A program made the position numbers and the translations under genes. Source: Candidatus Phycocordibacter aenigmaticus (GTDB lineage Bacteria; Patescibacteriota; Minisyncoccia; Phycocordibacterales; Phycocordibacteraceae). Taken from it: a stretch of 64,000 bases of DNA. The notes beneath the pieces are model-generated. The model was not told the DNA's origin. It searched no databases and saw only the letters and a list, made by a program, of their open reading frames with translations. Shown here piece after piece: positions 63,728-64,000 of the stretch. The DNA lies in assembly GCA_045401115.1 (NCBI GenBank), contig CP174359.1:483247-547246 (forward strand). Reading direction: 5' to 3'. Position 1 is the first letter of the stretch. Every line of letters begins with the position of its first letter.

Positions 63728-64000
63728 ATGGCAAAGAAAAAAGCGGGAGGTTCCGCAAAAAACCTAACAGATTCAAAGCCAAAGTATCTTGGTGTGAAAC
63801 TTGGTGACGGTCAACCAGCAAAACCTGGATCGATTATCGTGCGTCAACGCGGTACAAAATTTATTGCCGGAGAAGGTGTTGCTATGGGCAAAGACCATAC
63901 ACTTTTCTCAAAAATCGCTGGGATTGTATCATTTCGTAACGGACGAAAAAAACGTTTTGATGGCTCAACAGTAAGCCGCAAAGTGGTTGATGTTGCCTAA
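63728..64000 (+). CDS. rpmA: 50S ribosomal protein L27
   Basis: '[21 protein letters not shown]...[32 protein letters not shown]'. Confidence 0.9.
   Translation: MAKKKAGGSAKNLTDSKPKYLGVKLGDGQPAKPGSIIVRQRGTKFIAGEGVAMGKDHTLFSKIAGIVSFRNGRKKRFDGSTVSRKVVDVA

Noticed and set aside
1-64000. Looked for CRISPR arrays, rRNA genes, additional tRNAs and IS elements with transposase ORFs.
   Set aside because: No regularly spaced direct repeats with unique spacers, no transposase-like ORF (DDE or HUH motifs) and no rRNA-like conserved blocks were seen. The only recombinase is the tyrosine recombinase at 58835.

Overview
This 64-kb window looks like a core chromosomal segment of a small, low-GC, streamlined bacterial genome. 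Short intergenic spacers, overlapping genes, domain-reduced housekeeping proteins and many DUF or hypothetical genes suggest a Patescibacteria/CPR-like or similarly reduced lineage; that placement is inference, not something the sequence proves. Coordinates I derived by hand (tRNA, rpmJ, repeats, hairpins, adjusted starts) may be off by 1-2 nt.

Content in order:
- ddl, then a tRNA-Ala(UGC) locus followed by an unusual cluster of tRNA-3'-end-derived repeats and hairpins.
- A large secreted protein with two peptidoglycan-binding domains, a DEDD exonuclease and a GNAT acetyltransferase.
- A minus-strand RND efflux pump with its membrane-fusion protein and an AbrB-type regulator.
- ychF, leuS, a sigma-70-region-4/HARE-HTH fusion protein, mltG and mnmA.
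- A nuclease/repair cluster: ATP-cone-Mrr endonuclease, Cas4-like PD-(D/E)XK nuclease, mini-MGMT, a pseudouridine synthase, ung.
- An M13 peptidase and an alaS lacking the C-Ala domain.
- Two hypothetical genes (an actin-fold ATPase and a membrane-anchored protein) inserted ahead of infA.
- A ribosomal operon: infA, rpmJ (Cys-less), rpsM, rpsK, rpsD, rpoA (alpha-NTD only), rplQ, rplM, rpsI.
- grpE-dnaK-dnaJ, then plsC with a cyanobacterial-AAR-like reductase, an orphan histidine kinase, trpS, a GAD-less aspS and pepA.
- A roughly 350-nt structured non-coding region, then scpA-scpB.
- A partial dcw cell-wall cluster (D,D-carboxypeptidase, mraY, ftsW, murG) followed by an SGNH hydrolase and a NodU/CmcH carbamoyltransferase.
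- gltX, an M23 peptidase, a DUF378 protein and a tyrosine recombinase preceded by strong palindromes.
- A small accessory-looking block (DoxX, an acidic hypothetical, a VirB1-like lytic transglycosylase, a LOG-family protein, a second DEDD exonuclease, a Cys-motif protein), ending with rpmA.

No CRISPR array or rRNA gene was seen. The most interesting candidates for undescribed biology are the tRNA-end repeat cluster (about 1140-1740), the ATP-cone-Mrr / Cas4-like / mini-MGMT cluster (20149-22212), the actin-fold ATPase plus membrane-protein pair inside the ribosomal neighbourhood (27888-30373), the sigma-r4/HARE-HTH fusion with its membrane partner (15709-18060), and the carbamoyltransferase/SGNH appendix to the cell-wall cluster.
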